Shown: positions 1 through 9,871, counted from the stretch's first letter. The stretch: DNA of 64,000 nt from Alkalispirochaeta sp. (GCA_965601925.1 OZ271854.1:448001-512000), one strand, 5' to 3'. Notes: a model not told the origin generated them from the letters alone. Program-made: numbers and translations.

Positions 1-798
1 AGTCCGCTGGTCATCCCCGATGTAACCAAGGATCCGCGCTTCGATCCCTCGATGGATGCGATGACCAATTTCGTAACCAAGAGCATCATCGGTGTGCCGT
101 TAGCCTCCCGCGGCCAGGTGTTCGGCGTGATCGAGCTGGTAAACAAGCTCAACGGCGAACCGTTTACCGCGCTCGATCTCAAGATACTCTCCACGATCGC
201 CGATTTTGCGGCGACGGCGATAGAAAAGGCGTATTACTTGCGCGCCCTACGATCGATGGCGTTGGAGGACGATCTCACGGGCCTCGCCAATCGACGCGCC
301 CTTTCACGCGCGATTGAACGTGAAACCGCCCGGGCGCGCAGAAGCGGCGTGACGGTGGCGCTGTTGATGGTGGATATCGACGACTTCAAGACGATCAATG
401 ACACGCGCGGGCACGGTGCGGGAGACGAGGTACTCAAGCATCTCGCGACCATCCTTAAGCGCAATGTTCGCGAGATCGACGTCGTGTGTCGGTACGGCGG
501 CGACGAGTTTGCGATTCTCATGCCCGATACGACGACCGAGGCGGCGTCGGAAATTCGAGGTCGGATACTCAAAATGCTTGCCGGGGGAACACCGAAACCG
601 CCGGTGCCGTATCACATAAGCATCGGCGTTCACGCCGCGGGCCCGGACTCGATCGACTCTCTCTTTGAGCGCGCCGATCTCCACCTCTACCGCGAGAAGG
701 ACCGCAAGCGCGAGGCCGACATCGAAAACGTAGGAACTCATATCGTCGAGTTTTTGGACGTCGGGAAGCGGTTCGGACGCGACGGCGGGCAGCGGTAG
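1..798 (+). CDS. GAF-GGDEF diguanylate cyclase (5' end outside window)
   Basis: Frame is open from base 1 (SPLVIPDVTKDPRFD, a GAF tail); DDLTGLANRR, DIDDFKTINDTRGHGAGD, RYGGDEF with RxxD I-site (REID). Confidence 0.93.
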   Translation, partial: SPLVIPDVTKDPRFDPSMDAMTNFVTKSIIGVPLASRGQVFGVIELVNKLNGEPFTALDLKILSTIADFAATAIEKAYYLRALRSMALEDDLTGLANRRALSRAIERETARARRSGVTVALLMVDIDDFKTINDTRGHGAGDEVLKHLATILKRNVREIDVVCRYGGDEFAILMPDTTTEAASEIRGRILKMLAGGTPKPPVPYHISIGVHAAGPDSIDSLFERADLHLYREKDRKREADIENVGTHIVEFLDVGKRFGRDGGQR

Positions 799-927
799 TC
801 GGTATCATATAGGTCCCGCCGTCGGAGAGACGGCGCCTACCCTTTCGTGCCGGAAGCGACTCGTCGGATCGGTGGGACCCCGCGCCGCCGCTTGGCCCTC
901 GCAGGTGGTCCGGCGTACATTACACGC

Positions 928-1635
928 ATGCAAGGGACACTCGGAAAAGGGCAGACTCTTTCGGTCTACGACATCGGGACGGTTCCGTATCGCGAGGCTC
1001 TCGAGCTGCAACATACGCTGGTCGAGCGTCGCCAACGGGACGAGGTCGGTGACACCCTCCTCCTTTTGGAACACCCGCCGGTCATCACGATGGGACGGAG
1101 CGCGGTGGCCGATCACGTACTGGTACCCGAATCCGAAATTACGCGGGCCGGCGGTACCATCGAGTACATAGAGCGCGGCGGAGAGACGACCTATCATGGG
1201 CCGGGCCAACTCGTCGGCTACGCGATTCTCGACTTACGCGCCCATCTTCGGAGTCTCAAAAAGTTCGTCTACCTTCTGGAGGAGCTCTTCATTCGATATC
1301 TCCACCAGGAGTACGATATCACCGCCGGACGCGATCCCGACCATCGCGGAGTGTGGGTTGCCGACGAAAAGATCACCGCCCTCGGGATCGCGGTGCAACG
1401 ACGCGTGACCTTTCACGGCTTTGCCTTTAATGTAAATACGGACCTAAGCCACTTCGACTGGATCGTGCCGTGCGGCATCACCGATCGAAGCCAAACATCA
1501 CTCCGAGAGGTTACCGGTCGACGGCAGGAGATGGCTTCGGTCAAAGAGGGTGTTGCACGCGCCTTCGCAGATGTCTTCGGCTATCGGCCGGAACGTCCCG
1601 TCTCGGCGAGTCCGGGACGACTTCGCGTTGGATAG
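928..1635 (+). CDS. lipB: Lipoyl(octanoyl) transferase
   Basis: LLLEHPPVITMGR, RGGETTYHGPGQLVGY, KITALG, HGFAFNVNTDL, IVPCG motifs; ATG 928 chosen over the longer ORF start. Confidence 0.95.
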   Translation: MQGTLGKGQTLSVYDIGTVPYREALELQHTLVERRQRDEVGDTLLLLEHPPVITMGRSAVADHVLVPESEITRAGGTIEYIERGGETTYHGPGQLVGYAILDLRAHLRSLKKFVYLLEELFIRYLHQEYDITAGRDPDHRGVWVADEKITALGIAVQRRVTFHGFAFNVNTDLSHFDWIVPCGITDRSQTSLREVTGRRQEMASVKEGVARAFADVFGYRPERPVSASPGRLRVG

Positions 1636-1643
1636 GAAGTCGC

Positions 1644-2054
1644 TCACTCGTCTACTACCGTTCGTACGACGGGAAGATCGGCACGGCGACTTCCCCGTGC
1701 CACCACGATTCCGATAGCGCAGCAGGCCGCCGCGACGGCCGCAATGATTCGCGCCGCCTCGTCGCCGCCCGCCGCAAATCTTCCAACCCCACCGAAGACG
1801 CCGACGCCGGCGACGAACGGTGTGACGAGCAATCGAACGAGCGCCCGCACGATCGAGCTCGGCGAGCTCTCGATCCGGACGCGGCATCCGGTCTCGATAC
1901 GCTTCGCGATTTCCGGAGCGACTCGCGCCGAGAGCGTTCGGAGTGAACGCGCGCAGTGGCCGCCGCGGCACGACTTGCACGACGGCGGAACCAGAGAGAC
2001 ACGTACGAGATCACGTTCGGCGTTGAGGTCGACAACGGTAACGATCTCAGCCAT
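1644..2054 (-). CDS. RseC/MucC-family (SoxR reducing system) membrane protein
   Basis: SCKSCRGGHC cysteine cluster followed by two hydrophobic helices; ATG overlaps the stop of the upstream YmdB-like gene. Confidence 0.65.
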   Translation of the reverse strand: MAEIVTVVDLNAERDLVRVSLVPPSCKSCRGGHCARSLRTLSARVAPEIAKRIETGCRVRIESSPSSIVRALVRLLVTPFVAGVGVFGGVGRFAAGGDEAARIIAAVAAACCAIGIVVARGSRRADLPVVRTVVDE

Positions 2055-3189
2055 CGACTTTGGACGCGTCCCGCCCCGTCCGGTGCGGGTCCTTCGACGC
2101 GTCGGTCTCCCCGGATCGTCCGTCCGGGCGCTCGTTATTACGCTTGTGGTTGCGTCGGTCGTGCTTTGCGGAGTCGCGACGGGAATCCTTCCGACCGCCG
2201 TTCCTTCCGCCGGAGCGTTCGTGAGCGCGTTGGCGCTCCTCGGGCGGCGGTGGAGGACACTCCTTCCGCAGCGCCTCAAATCCGACGACGTAGCCGCTCG
2301 CGAGATCGACGTCGAGAATCGCTCCCTGGAGCTCCAACGCATCCCAGCTCTCCTCCGACTTGATCGGGATGCGCGTCAGGTATTTCCGAATTTCGGGAGA
2401 AGTCGTCATACCGCCGACACTCTGCTGGCTTCCCGTTCGCCCGGCGTCGCAGATCACTGCGGTACCCGAAGGAAAGACTTGGGCGTCGGCGGTCTGTACA
2501 CGCTGCCCGCTTCCGATGACGGCGGTAGCCTTTCCGTCGGCGTGATGAAACATCGTATACTTCTCCGCGGTAGTCAGAGCGTGAAAATCGACGATGACCG
2601 CCACGCTGTCCTTGCTTAACCGTTCCAGCACGTTGTCGAAATAGGTATACGGATTTCCGGCGTGGATTCGCGCAAACCCCGACTGTCCAAGCAGGCTGAG
2701 AACCGAGATTTTAACGCCGGGTCTCTTGGTGTCGCCGTCCTTCGACGACGTCTGGTTCCGGTCCGTCCGTGGGTCGGAATCGGCGGCGCCTTGCTGCCCG
2801 TCGTCGGGTTCGTCGGCCTCGGCCGCGTCGTCGACAGGCCGACTCTCGGACAGCGCAGCCCACTCCGACGGCTCAACGGTATAGTGGCGCCACCCCCGCC
2901 CCGGCATGTCGGCCGGAAGGTTGGCGGGACGCAGCATATAAAAGGCGCGCTCGATATGCTCGGCCATATCTTTTTTCAGGAACGTCTGGTCGCCGCCGGT
3001 AATCACGTCGACCCCGAGCTTACGGAGATAGATCGAGTGGTTCTTACCGATACCGAACCCTCCCGTGACTCCGTCGCCATTGGCGATCACAAAGTCGATC
3101 CCCTTCTCCTGGCGAACGTCCGATAGAAGCGTCTTAATACAATAGAGCCCGGGCTTGCCTACAATCTCGGCGATGTACAGTATGCGCAT
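2047..3189 (-). CDS. YmdB/TIGR00282-family metallophosphoesterase-like protein, degenerate active site
   Basis: MRILYIAEIVGKPG, LRPANLP..PGRG, VDFHA.T.EK, VQTAD, DAGRTG match the YmdB fold; contains an acidic insertion and a basic C-terminal tail. Confidence 0.85.
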   Translation of the reverse strand: MRILYIAEIVGKPGLYCIKTLLSDVRQEKGIDFVIANGDGVTGGFGIGKNHSIYLRKLGVDVITGGDQTFLKKDMAEHIERAFYMLRPANLPADMPGRGWRHYTVEPSEWAALSESRPVDDAAEADEPDDGQQGAADSDPRTDRNQTSSKDGDTKRPGVKISVLSLLGQSGFARIHAGNPYTYFDNVLERLSKDSVAVIVDFHALTTAEKYTMFHHADGKATAVIGSGQRVQTADAQVFPSGTAVICDAGRTGSQQSVGGMTTSPEIRKYLTRIPIKSEESWDALELQGAILDVDLASGYVVGFEALRKECPPPPPEERQRAHERSGGRNGGRKDSRRDSAKHDRRNHKRNNERPDGRSGETDASKDPHRTGRDASKVDG

Positions 3190-3343
3190 GTGCGGACATG
3201 GTACCTGCGACGACGGGCTAACACAATCCCGCCCTCGATGTGTTATATTATCGTCAGGTGCCACATGGACCAAGGCTGCCGATCGAAGGATGACAGCCGC
3301 GCGCTGCCGTACGGAGCGCACATACCGACACAGGAGGTGTAGT

Positions 3344-3838
3344 ATGCACAACCGAGACTCTCTGGATCTCGGGCGTCTGCTCGACCAAATTTTTCAAGCG
3401 ACGGAACGGTTTACCAACTCGTTCGGTGACTTCGGTTTCGAGTTTCAAAAACACGCCGATCACCGTAACTATTACTCGTTCTATCCCTTCCCCCCGGCCA
3501 ACATTTACATGTTGCCGGACAAGACGATGATCTTCGAGTTTGCCCTTGCCGGGTATCGGGACACCGACATCTCGTTGGAGTTTCAAGGTGAGTACATGGT
3601 GCTCTCCGCAAACGCCCCGGAGCAATCGATCGAGGGTGAAGAGGTGATCTTCTTTAACCGTCGACTCAAGTTCAAGACGATTCCCGACCAAAAGTACTTC
3701 GTACCTGAGGACAAGTTCGATCGCGAGTCCGCTACGGCCGTCTTCAAGAACGGTATCTTGAAGGTTACCATTCCTCCGCGGGACGAGGTCAAAAACGCAG
3801 CGGGCGTGAAGATCAAGATCGTCAACGAGGACGAGTAA
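3344..3838 (+). CDS. Hsp20/alpha-crystallin small heat-shock protein
   Basis: AGGAGG RBS; FPPANIY, FALAG, AVFKNGILKVTIP motif. Confidence 0.9.
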   Translation: MHNRDSLDLGRLLDQIFQATERFTNSFGDFGFEFQKHADHRNYYSFYPFPPANIYMLPDKTMIFEFALAGYRDTDISLEFQGEYMVLSANAPEQSIEGEEVIFFNRRLKFKTIPDQKYFVPEDKFDRESATAVFKNGILKVTIPPRDEVKNAAGVKIKIVNEDE

Positions 3839-3898
3839 CGGCGAAACGCGCGGCTCGTGGGCGGGTCGCGCCGGGAGAGAATAGAGAAGGAGCGCAAT

Positions 3899-4012
3899 AT
3901 GCTTTTATGGATCATAGTCGGTGTCGCAATCGGATACTTCTTCAAGCCCCAGATCGATCGAGTAGTGTATCGAGTCATTCGGGCGATCCGCGACAACCGT
4001 CGTAATAACTAA
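3899..4012 (+). CDS. 37-aa single-pass membrane microprotein (MLLWIIVGVAIGYFFKPQIDRVVYRVIRAIRDNRRNN)
   Basis: AAGGAG RBS just upstream of ATG; hydrophobic N-terminus then basic tail; lies between hsp20 and a terminator; too short for the ORF track. Confidence 0.7.
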   Translation: MLLWIIVGVAIGYFFKPQIDRVVYRVIRAIRDNRRNN

Positions 4013-4041
4013 CCGTAGTATCTACATGGTGGTGCCCACCG

Positions 4042-4072
4042 AGCCCGCAAGTATCGCTTGCGGGCTTTTTTT
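4042..4072 (+). terminator. Intrinsic terminator
   Basis: AGCCCGCAAG-tatcg-CTTGCGGGCT followed by a T-run. Confidence 0.85.
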
Positions 4073-4142
4073 GTACAGCGAGAGGGAGACGCGAACGATA
4101 GTAGCTACGGGCCGTTCGGTCCCGACGCGCTGAGTGCCGCGA

Positions 4143-5129
4143 CTACCACTGGACCGTGACGCGAAAGCCGCTGTGACGCCGCACGTTGACGACCGCGCCA
4201 CCGTCCAAAATAAGGTACTGTCCACGAATGCCGACCAAGGTACTCTCCACGACGGGACTCTTCTGAAGATTGACCGACTTCACCTTGGCGGGCGCGACCG
4301 GAAGTGGATACGCCAAAGCCAGCGGTTCGAGCTCGGCGGGCGCGAGAAGATACCGGGACAGCTCCTCGCCGTCGGGAAGGGTCGCAAAATGGTCGCGAAT
4401 CCGGGCACTCTCGCGGTCGAGATCGATATCGGCGGTGAGCTCTCCTTTTAACATGCGTTGCCAGGCGGTACGATCGGTGTAGAGCTCTTTGAGTGCCACC
4501 TCTATGCGCCCGGCGAGTTGGCGATAGGGAACGCCGGCGATCCGCACCGCCCAGGCGGCGCCTTGATCGATCCAGCGCGTGGGAACCTGCGTCATCCGCG
4601 TTACGCCGACCTTCAGTGCGCTCGTGGCCGCCAAGTAGACCGCGTGGGGCTGATTGTGATGCGCCTCCTCCCACTGCGGATCGCGGCCGCGCCCCAGGTG
4701 CGCTTCGCACAGCTCCGGCCTGACGATACACTCCGCCGCCTCGGGAGCCGAAGCAAAACAGGGATAGCAGAACCCCTCGCCGAAGAGCTTGGCGACACTA
4801 CGCCCGCACCGTATGCAGGTATACTCGCCGGTCCGCTCGATCCGAATCGCCTTCCCGACCAGACGGTCGAGATCGATCTCGGTGACGTCCGCCGGATCTT
4901 CTCCGGCGGCGGGTCGCGGCTCCTCCAGACGCAGGCGATAATGTACCGGCACGATCGAAATGGGGCGGTTCCCGACGGTCAACGCGCGAGCGAGATTCGT
5001 CGCAGCCGCCATGTCCTTGTCGGGCGTCTCGGTCGCCTCTCCGACGGCGGTCGGCATCTTTACCAGGATACCCTCTCTATTCACGCCCCCATCGTAGCCG
5101 GACCGACGGAGTCGTGTCACCACGGGCAA
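4143..5129 (-). CDS. DUF2797-domain protein (start uncertain)
   Basis: CIRCGR..GFCYPCF, ECIVRPELCEAHLG, PHAVYLA, KVGVTR, PTRWIDQGA, GIRGQYL pattern. Confidence 0.8.
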   Translation of the reverse strand: MPVVTRLRRSGYDGGVNREGILVKMPTAVGEATETPDKDMAAATNLARALTVGNRPISIVPVHYRLRLEEPRPAAGEDPADVTEIDLDRLVGKAIRIERTGEYTCIRCGRSVAKLFGEGFCYPCFASAPEAAECIVRPELCEAHLGRGRDPQWEEAHHNQPHAVYLAATSALKVGVTRMTQVPTRWIDQGAAWAVRIAGVPYRQLAGRIEVALKELYTDRTAWQRMLKGELTADIDLDRESARIRDHFATLPDGEELSRYLLAPAELEPLALAYPLPVAPAKVKSVNLQKSPVVESTLVGIRGQYLILDGGAVVNVRRHSGFRVTVQW

Positions 5130-5355
5130 GGTACGGAGGCGGAGGCGCCACCTTTGAGAGCGCGCCGACTCAGTTCAATCGACATACCCGGTGTACGATG
5201 TTCGGACATTTAGCCGACTCCGGACAGCGGACCGTAGGCAGACATAGACCTGTTGATTCTCTCGATAGGGGATGCGATCGTTTGCCACACGAACGTTTGG
5301 TGATAACGGGACCGGTAGGTCGCGCAATCGGACCGAAAAGCCGCTTGTCGTACAG

Positions 5356-5533
5356 GCGCGAACCCCAAGCGCACACGGAAAAACCGGCACGTTCGCGATG
5401 ACAATAAATATTTACTGTACAATATTTTATGGGTACGATGGTTTTGTAAGAGATCAAAAATTATCGCATAGAGTCGGCTATCGCATATCAAGCGAACTAA
5501 AGTGCTGTAAGGTATTAACTTATCAGTCGAACG
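5356..5533 (+). promoter_or_regulatory. CRISPR leader of array 1
   Basis: AT-rich segment before the first repeat; begins with a CGCGAAC...GTTCGCG inverted motif shared with the array 2 leader. Confidence 0.85.
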
Positions 5534-6692
5534 GTCGCTCCTCACGCGGGAGCGTGGATTGAAACTGCAGTTCAGCCCTTGCTTTGCCGAAACGCTGGGT
5601 CGCTCCTCACGCGGGAGCGTGGATTGAAACTACTCCGACGATGACTCCTACGAGCGCTATATCAGGTCGCTCCTCACGCGGGAGCGTGGATTGAAACACC
5701 GTGTATCACGGCTACTTCCTCCCAACCCGCAGGTCGCTCCTCACGCGGGAGCGTGGATTGAAACTGGTACGTGAGATAGAGGAGCTCCTGCCTGTTGTGT
5801 CGCTCCTCACGCGGGAGCGTGGATTGAAACTTGCCCTCGGAGATGCTGGGCACGTTCCATGCGGGTCGCTCCTCACGCGGGAGCGTGGATTGAAACTCGT
5901 TGGGGCGCGACGGAACGGACTGGAAGAGCGTGTCGCTCCTCACGCGGGAGCGTGGATTGAAACACGGGCGGGGGTCTGCAGGCCCTCGAAAACGCGGGTC
6001 GCTCCTCACGCGGGAGCGTGGATTGAAACGTACCATGCGAAGTTGTGGTGGTTGTGGACCTCATGTCGCTCCTCGCGCGGGAGCGTGGATTGAAACTTTG
6101 TCGCATCACGGTCGTGACAGACGTTGTGACAGACGTCGCTCCTCACGCGGGAGCGTGGATTGAAACTCGAGGGAACGCGCCGGCGCCTTGCCGCGATGGG
6201 TCGCTCCTCACGCGGGAGCGTGGATTGAAACACCCATATCACACGTCAAAATTTTGCTGTATGACGTCGCTCCTCGCGCGGGAGCGTGGATTGAAACTAC
6301 GCGACGCAAGGCATGCGCCAAGCACTCGGGGGTCGCTCCTCACGCGGGAGCGTGGATTGAAACAACGAAGTGTCTGAGGAAGACTGGAAACGCGCCGGTC
6401 GCTCCCCATGCGGGGGCGTGGATTGAAACCGGGTAGCCGGCAAAAAGCGTCTCTCTCGTCGCGTCGCTCCCCATGCGGGGGCGTGGATTGAAACCGGATC
6501 AGCTGTGACGCGCCGACACCGGTAATGAGTCGCTCCTCATGCGGGAGCGTGGATTGAAACAAAAACGACTCGGTCGCATCCAGGGTGCCGCCCCGTCGCT
6601 CCCCATGCGGGGGCGTGGATTGAGACCTGTCCCACTCCAACGCCTCGCTCACGATCACGAGTCGCTCCTCACACAAGAGCATAGGTCGAAAC
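5534..6692 (+). CRISPR. Type I-C CRISPR array 1: 17 repeats plus a degenerate terminal repeat, 17 spacers
   Basis: 32-bp repeat GTCGCTCCTCACGCGGGAGCGTGGATTGAAAC starting at 5534, 5599, 5666 ... 6595; spacers 33-38 bp; degenerate copy GTCGCTCCTCACACAAGAGCATAGGTCGAAAC at 6661. Confidence 0.99.
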
Positions 6693-6812
6693 GTGTAACA
6701 CGGCGACCCGGTTACACCGATGTGGTGGGATTTTCCATGAATACAGACGATAAGCACGCCCTTCGTTGACAACGATCGATAGTGGCAAAATACTCATGAC
6801 GTAGAGCGAACT

Positions 6813-9038
6813 ATGCAGTACTACGCCCATAGCCTTCCGGATACGCCTCCCTCGGAGTGGCAGCCGTTAGAGGATCATCTCTACGCCGTCGCCGACAAGG
6901 CGCGGGAGTTCGCCGAAGGCTTCGGGTTCGGCGATTGGGCGTATCTTGCCGGGTTGTGGCATGACCTCGGGAAGTACTCGCTGGACTTTCAGCAGAAAGT
7001 GTTGGGAAGCAATTCCGAAGGCTATCGCGACGGACACGTCGCCGAGAAACGGGGACGTGTCGACCATTCGAGTGCGGGAGCGCAGTGGGCCGACGCCCAA
7101 GAGACGTGGCATGTGGCAAGCCGCTTCATCAGCTACGCAATCGCAGGCCACCACGCGGGTCTTCCTGACTACGAGTCGGACAACAACGCCTGTCTTATTG
7201 AGAGACTCAAAAAACGGATACCGGCCACGGCGCCCCCAATAGAGATCGCCTCACCGCCGTACGCCGCCTCGCCCTCCTTACCGGCTTGGAATGAGACCGG
7301 TAAGGAGGGCTACTTTTCATTCTCCTTTGCGATCCGCATGATTTTCTCGTGCCTTGTTGACGCCGATTGTCTCGACACCGAGTCATTCTGCGACCGTGAA
7401 AAGCATTCGATACGAAATGGATTTCCTTCCGCCGTCGAGCTGAAAGACGCTCTGGAACGCAGGCTTGCCAAGTTTGATACGGCAGAGAAAACGACCGTGA
7501 ACAAAGTACGACAGGCCGTCTCGTCGGCGTGTCGTCTCGGTGCGAAGATGGAACCGGGCTTCTTCTCTCTAACCGTGCCGACCGGCGGCGGCAAGACCCT
7601 TGCGTCAATGCGATTCGCGCTCCACCACGCCCTCAAGTATGAGAAACGACGGGTGATATACGCAATTCCCTACACCAGCATCATCGAGCAGACCGTCGGC
7701 GTGTTCCGAGACGTATTCGGCGAAGAGGTCGTAGTCGAGCACCACAGTCGCGTCGAGGCCAATGATGCGCACGAGACGACGCGTACGCGTCTCGCAGTGG
7801 AGAACTGGGAGGCGCCGGTCGTCGTTACGACGAACGTGCAGTTTTTTGAATCGTTATTCGCCGATAGAACGTCGCGGTGCCGCAAGCTGCACAACATCGC
7901 CGGGAGCGTAATTATCCTGGACGAGGCGCAGATGCTGCCGATTAGCCTCTTGATCCCGACGCTCGCCGCGCTCAAAGAGCTCGTAGCACACTACGGCTGC
8001 AGTGTCGTCTTATGCACCGCGACGCAGCCGGCATTAGTCGCCGGTGATCATTTACCGCGCGGTTTGCAGAACGTCCGCGAGATCATACCGGAGCCCCGTG
8101 TCCACTTTAATGCACTCAAGCGGGTTCGGATACACGCGATCGGCCGGATCGATTGGGTTGAACTCACCGATCGCCTCGCCGGACATGACCACGTCCTCTG
8201 CATCGTCAACTCGCGACGGGACGCCCAAGAAATCTACGCTGCCCTTCTCCACAAGACTGAGCGCCGGGCCTGCTTTTATCTCACCACGTACCTGTGTCCC
8301 AAGCACCGAGACGCCGTGTTTGAAGAGATAAAACGTCGCCTCAGGGACGGGGAGCCGTGTCGTATTGTGAGCACGCAGCTCATCGAGGCGGGCGTCGACA
8401 TCGACCTCCCGGTAGTCTTTCGTGCCGTTGCCGGTATCGACAGCATCCTGCAGGCCGCGGGGCGCTGCAACCGCCACGGTACCCCGGGTCGCCTCGGCGA
8501 GGTGTTTGTCTTTGAGGGAGAGCGCCCGGCGCCCCAGGGACTTCTCAGACAAACGGCGCGCATCGGTGCAGAGTTCCTCGGCGAGGAGAACGACATTACC
8601 GAGTTCGACGCGATTACGCGGTACTTTGCGCGGCTCTATCAATACCAGGACGCTAACCTCGATGCGCGGGACCTTATGAAGCTTTTAGAACACGACGGCG
8701 CCCAGTCTCTCAGGTTTCAGTTTCGCGAGATCGCAGAACGTTACAAGCTGATCACGAGTGAAGATGTACCGATTGTGATTCGGTACGATAAAAAGGCGGA
8801 AGAACTCATACAGACACTACGGTACGCTCCGTCGCCGCGTGCGATTGTGCGACTGCTGCAGCCGTACATCGTTACGGTCCCGCAGAATGTAGCTCGGACG
8901 CTCGCACAACGGGGTGATGTATACTTGGTAGCCGATCTGATCTATGTGCTGGAGCGCAAAGACTTATACGAGAAGGACGGAGCCGGTTTTGTGATGCGCG
9001 AGTTCGCCGATATGGAACCGGCGGGGCTCACGTGGTAG
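6813..9038 (+). CDS. cas3: CRISPR-associated HD nuclease/helicase Cas3
   Basis: YYAHS, WHDLGK, IAGHHAGL, PTGGGKT, DEAQ, STQLIEAGVDID, QAAGRCNR. Confidence 0.98.
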   Translation: MQYYAHSLPDTPPSEWQPLEDHLYAVADKAREFAEGFGFGDWAYLAGLWHDLGKYSLDFQQKVLGSNSEGYRDGHVAEKRGRVDHSSAGAQWADAQETWHVASRFISYAIAGHHAGLPDYESDNNACLIERLKKRIPATAPPIEIASPPYAASPSLPAWNETGKEGYFSFSFAIRMIFSCLVDADCLDTESFCDREKHSIRNGFPSAVELKDALERRLAKFDTAEKTTVNKVRQAVSSACRLGAKMEPGFFSLTVPTGGGKTLASMRFALHHALKYEKRRVIYAIPYTSIIEQTVGVFRDVFGEEVVVEHHSRVEANDAHETTRTRLAVENWEAPVVVTTNVQFFESLFADRTSRCRKLHNIAGSVIILDEAQMLPISLLIPTLAALKELVAHYGCSVVLCTATQPALVAGDHLPRGLQNVREIIPEPRVHFNALKRVRIHAIGRIDWVELTDRLAGHDHVLCIVNSRRDAQEIYAALLHKTERRACFYLTTYLCPKHRDAVFEEIKRRLRDGEPCRIVSTQLIEAGVDIDLPVVFRAVAGIDSILQAAGRCNRHGTPGRLGEVFVFEGERPAPQGLLRQTARIGAEFLGEENDITEFDAITRYFARLYQYQDANLDARDLMKLLEHDGAQSLRFQFREIAERYKLITSEDVPIVIRYDKKAEELIQTLRYAPSPRAIVRLLQPYIVTVPQNVARTLAQRGDVYLVADLIYVLERKDLYEKDGAGFVMREFADMEPAGLTW

Positions 9039-9117
9039 CCGATAGGGCACCGGTATAGACGGAGTCACGGGAATCCCGCTCTTCTCGGAGCAGGCTCCTG
9101 TTCACTTGATCACTGTT

Positions 9118-9130
9118 TATACATTGTATA
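9118..9130. promoter_or_regulatory. Palindromic operator upstream of mazE (probable TA autorepression site)
   Basis: TATACA-T-TGTATA 10 bp before the mazE ATG. Confidence 0.6.
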
Positions 9131-9140
9131 TCCTCATCGT

Positions 9141-9377
9141 ATGGAAGCAAAAATACAGCGATGGGGAAATAGTTTGGGCATTCGAATCCCCGCGGCGATG
9201 GCGCGGGAACTCCATTTACAGAACGGATCCGTCGTCGATGTCGTAGAGGAGTCGAACAGCATCGTTATCCGCCCCGCGAAGAGGCACGATATACACTCCC
9301 TTTTGAACGCAATAACCGACGATAATCGGCACTCCGAGGTCGCCTGGGGCACTCAAGAAGGGAACGAGGCGTGGTGA
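9141..9377 (+). CDS. mazE: AbrB/MazE-family antitoxin
   Basis: KIQRWGNSLGIRIP N-terminus, LLNAITDDNRH.EVAWG...GNEAW C-terminus; overlaps the toxin start. Confidence 0.95.
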   Translation: MEAKIQRWGNSLGIRIPAAMARELHLQNGSVVDVVEESNSIVIRPAKRHDIHSLLNAITDDNRHSEVAWGTQEGNEAW

Positions 9378-9709
9378 CGAGCGCCTACGTGCCAGATCGC
9401 GGTGACATCGTCTGGTTAAGTTTTTCTCCGCAATCGGGCCATGAGCAAGCGGGTAGGCGTCCCGCGATCGTACTCTCACCGGCCGAGTACAACGGCAAAA
9501 CCGATCTTATGATCGCGTGTCCGATCACCAGCAGAATAAAGGGATATCCATTTGAGACTCGCATACGAGGAGCGCGAATCGACGGTGTCGTCCTCTCCGA
9601 CCAGGTAAAGAGTCTCGACTGGAAAACGCGTAATGCAACCTTTGCGGAGAAGGCGAAGGCGGAGGTTCTGCGGGAGGTACGAGGTAAACTGATGGTGCTC
9701 CTCGATTGA
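9371..9709 (+). CDS. mazF: MazF/PemK endoribonuclease toxin
   Basis: YVPDRGDIVW.SFSPQSGHEQAGRRPAIVLSP..YN, CPITS, DQVKSLDW..R. Confidence 0.96.
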   Translation: MVTSAYVPDRGDIVWLSFSPQSGHEQAGRRPAIVLSPAEYNGKTDLMIACPITSRIKGYPFETRIRGARIDGVVLSDQVKSLDWKTRNATFAEKAKAEVLREVRGKLMVLLD

Positions 9710-9825
9710 GGAATGGAGTGCCGCTTATGAATCAGTATCGTCGTGTGGTGCCCGTATTTGGTATGTGACGACGAGGGGCCGCTCTGACCTCGAGGCAACG
9801 AGCCTCCAATTTCTTGCTCTCTTGC

Positions 9826-9871
9826 TTGACAGGTGCACTTCTTGGATGTACCATGATACGAGAAGTACGAA
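9826..9871 (+). promoter_or_regulatory. Sigma70-type promoter overlapping a PAM-flanked target of the crRNA-like guide
   Basis: TTGACA (9826-9831), 17 bp, TACCAT (9849-9854); minus strand reads TTC-GTACTTCTCGTATCATG (9871 to 9852). Confidence 0.8.

Noticed and set aside
4143..5129. DUF2797 gene as a CRISPR accessory
   Set aside because: Divergent from the array and of a family common outside CRISPR loci; adjacency alone is not evidence.
5330..5355. Possible cas2 3' remnant before leader 1 (TEKPLVV versus PEGALIV)
   Set aside because: Similarity is limited to a few codons, with no stop at the equivalent position.
5674..6772. Several ORFs across CRISPR array 1 (and likewise 15763-16939 across array 2)
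   Set aside because: Translations of the repeats (FQSTLPREER, VSIHAPA); not genes.
9727..9768. 13-codon ORF MNQYRRVVPVFGM after mazF with GGAG upstream
   Set aside because: Too short to support without conservation or translation data.
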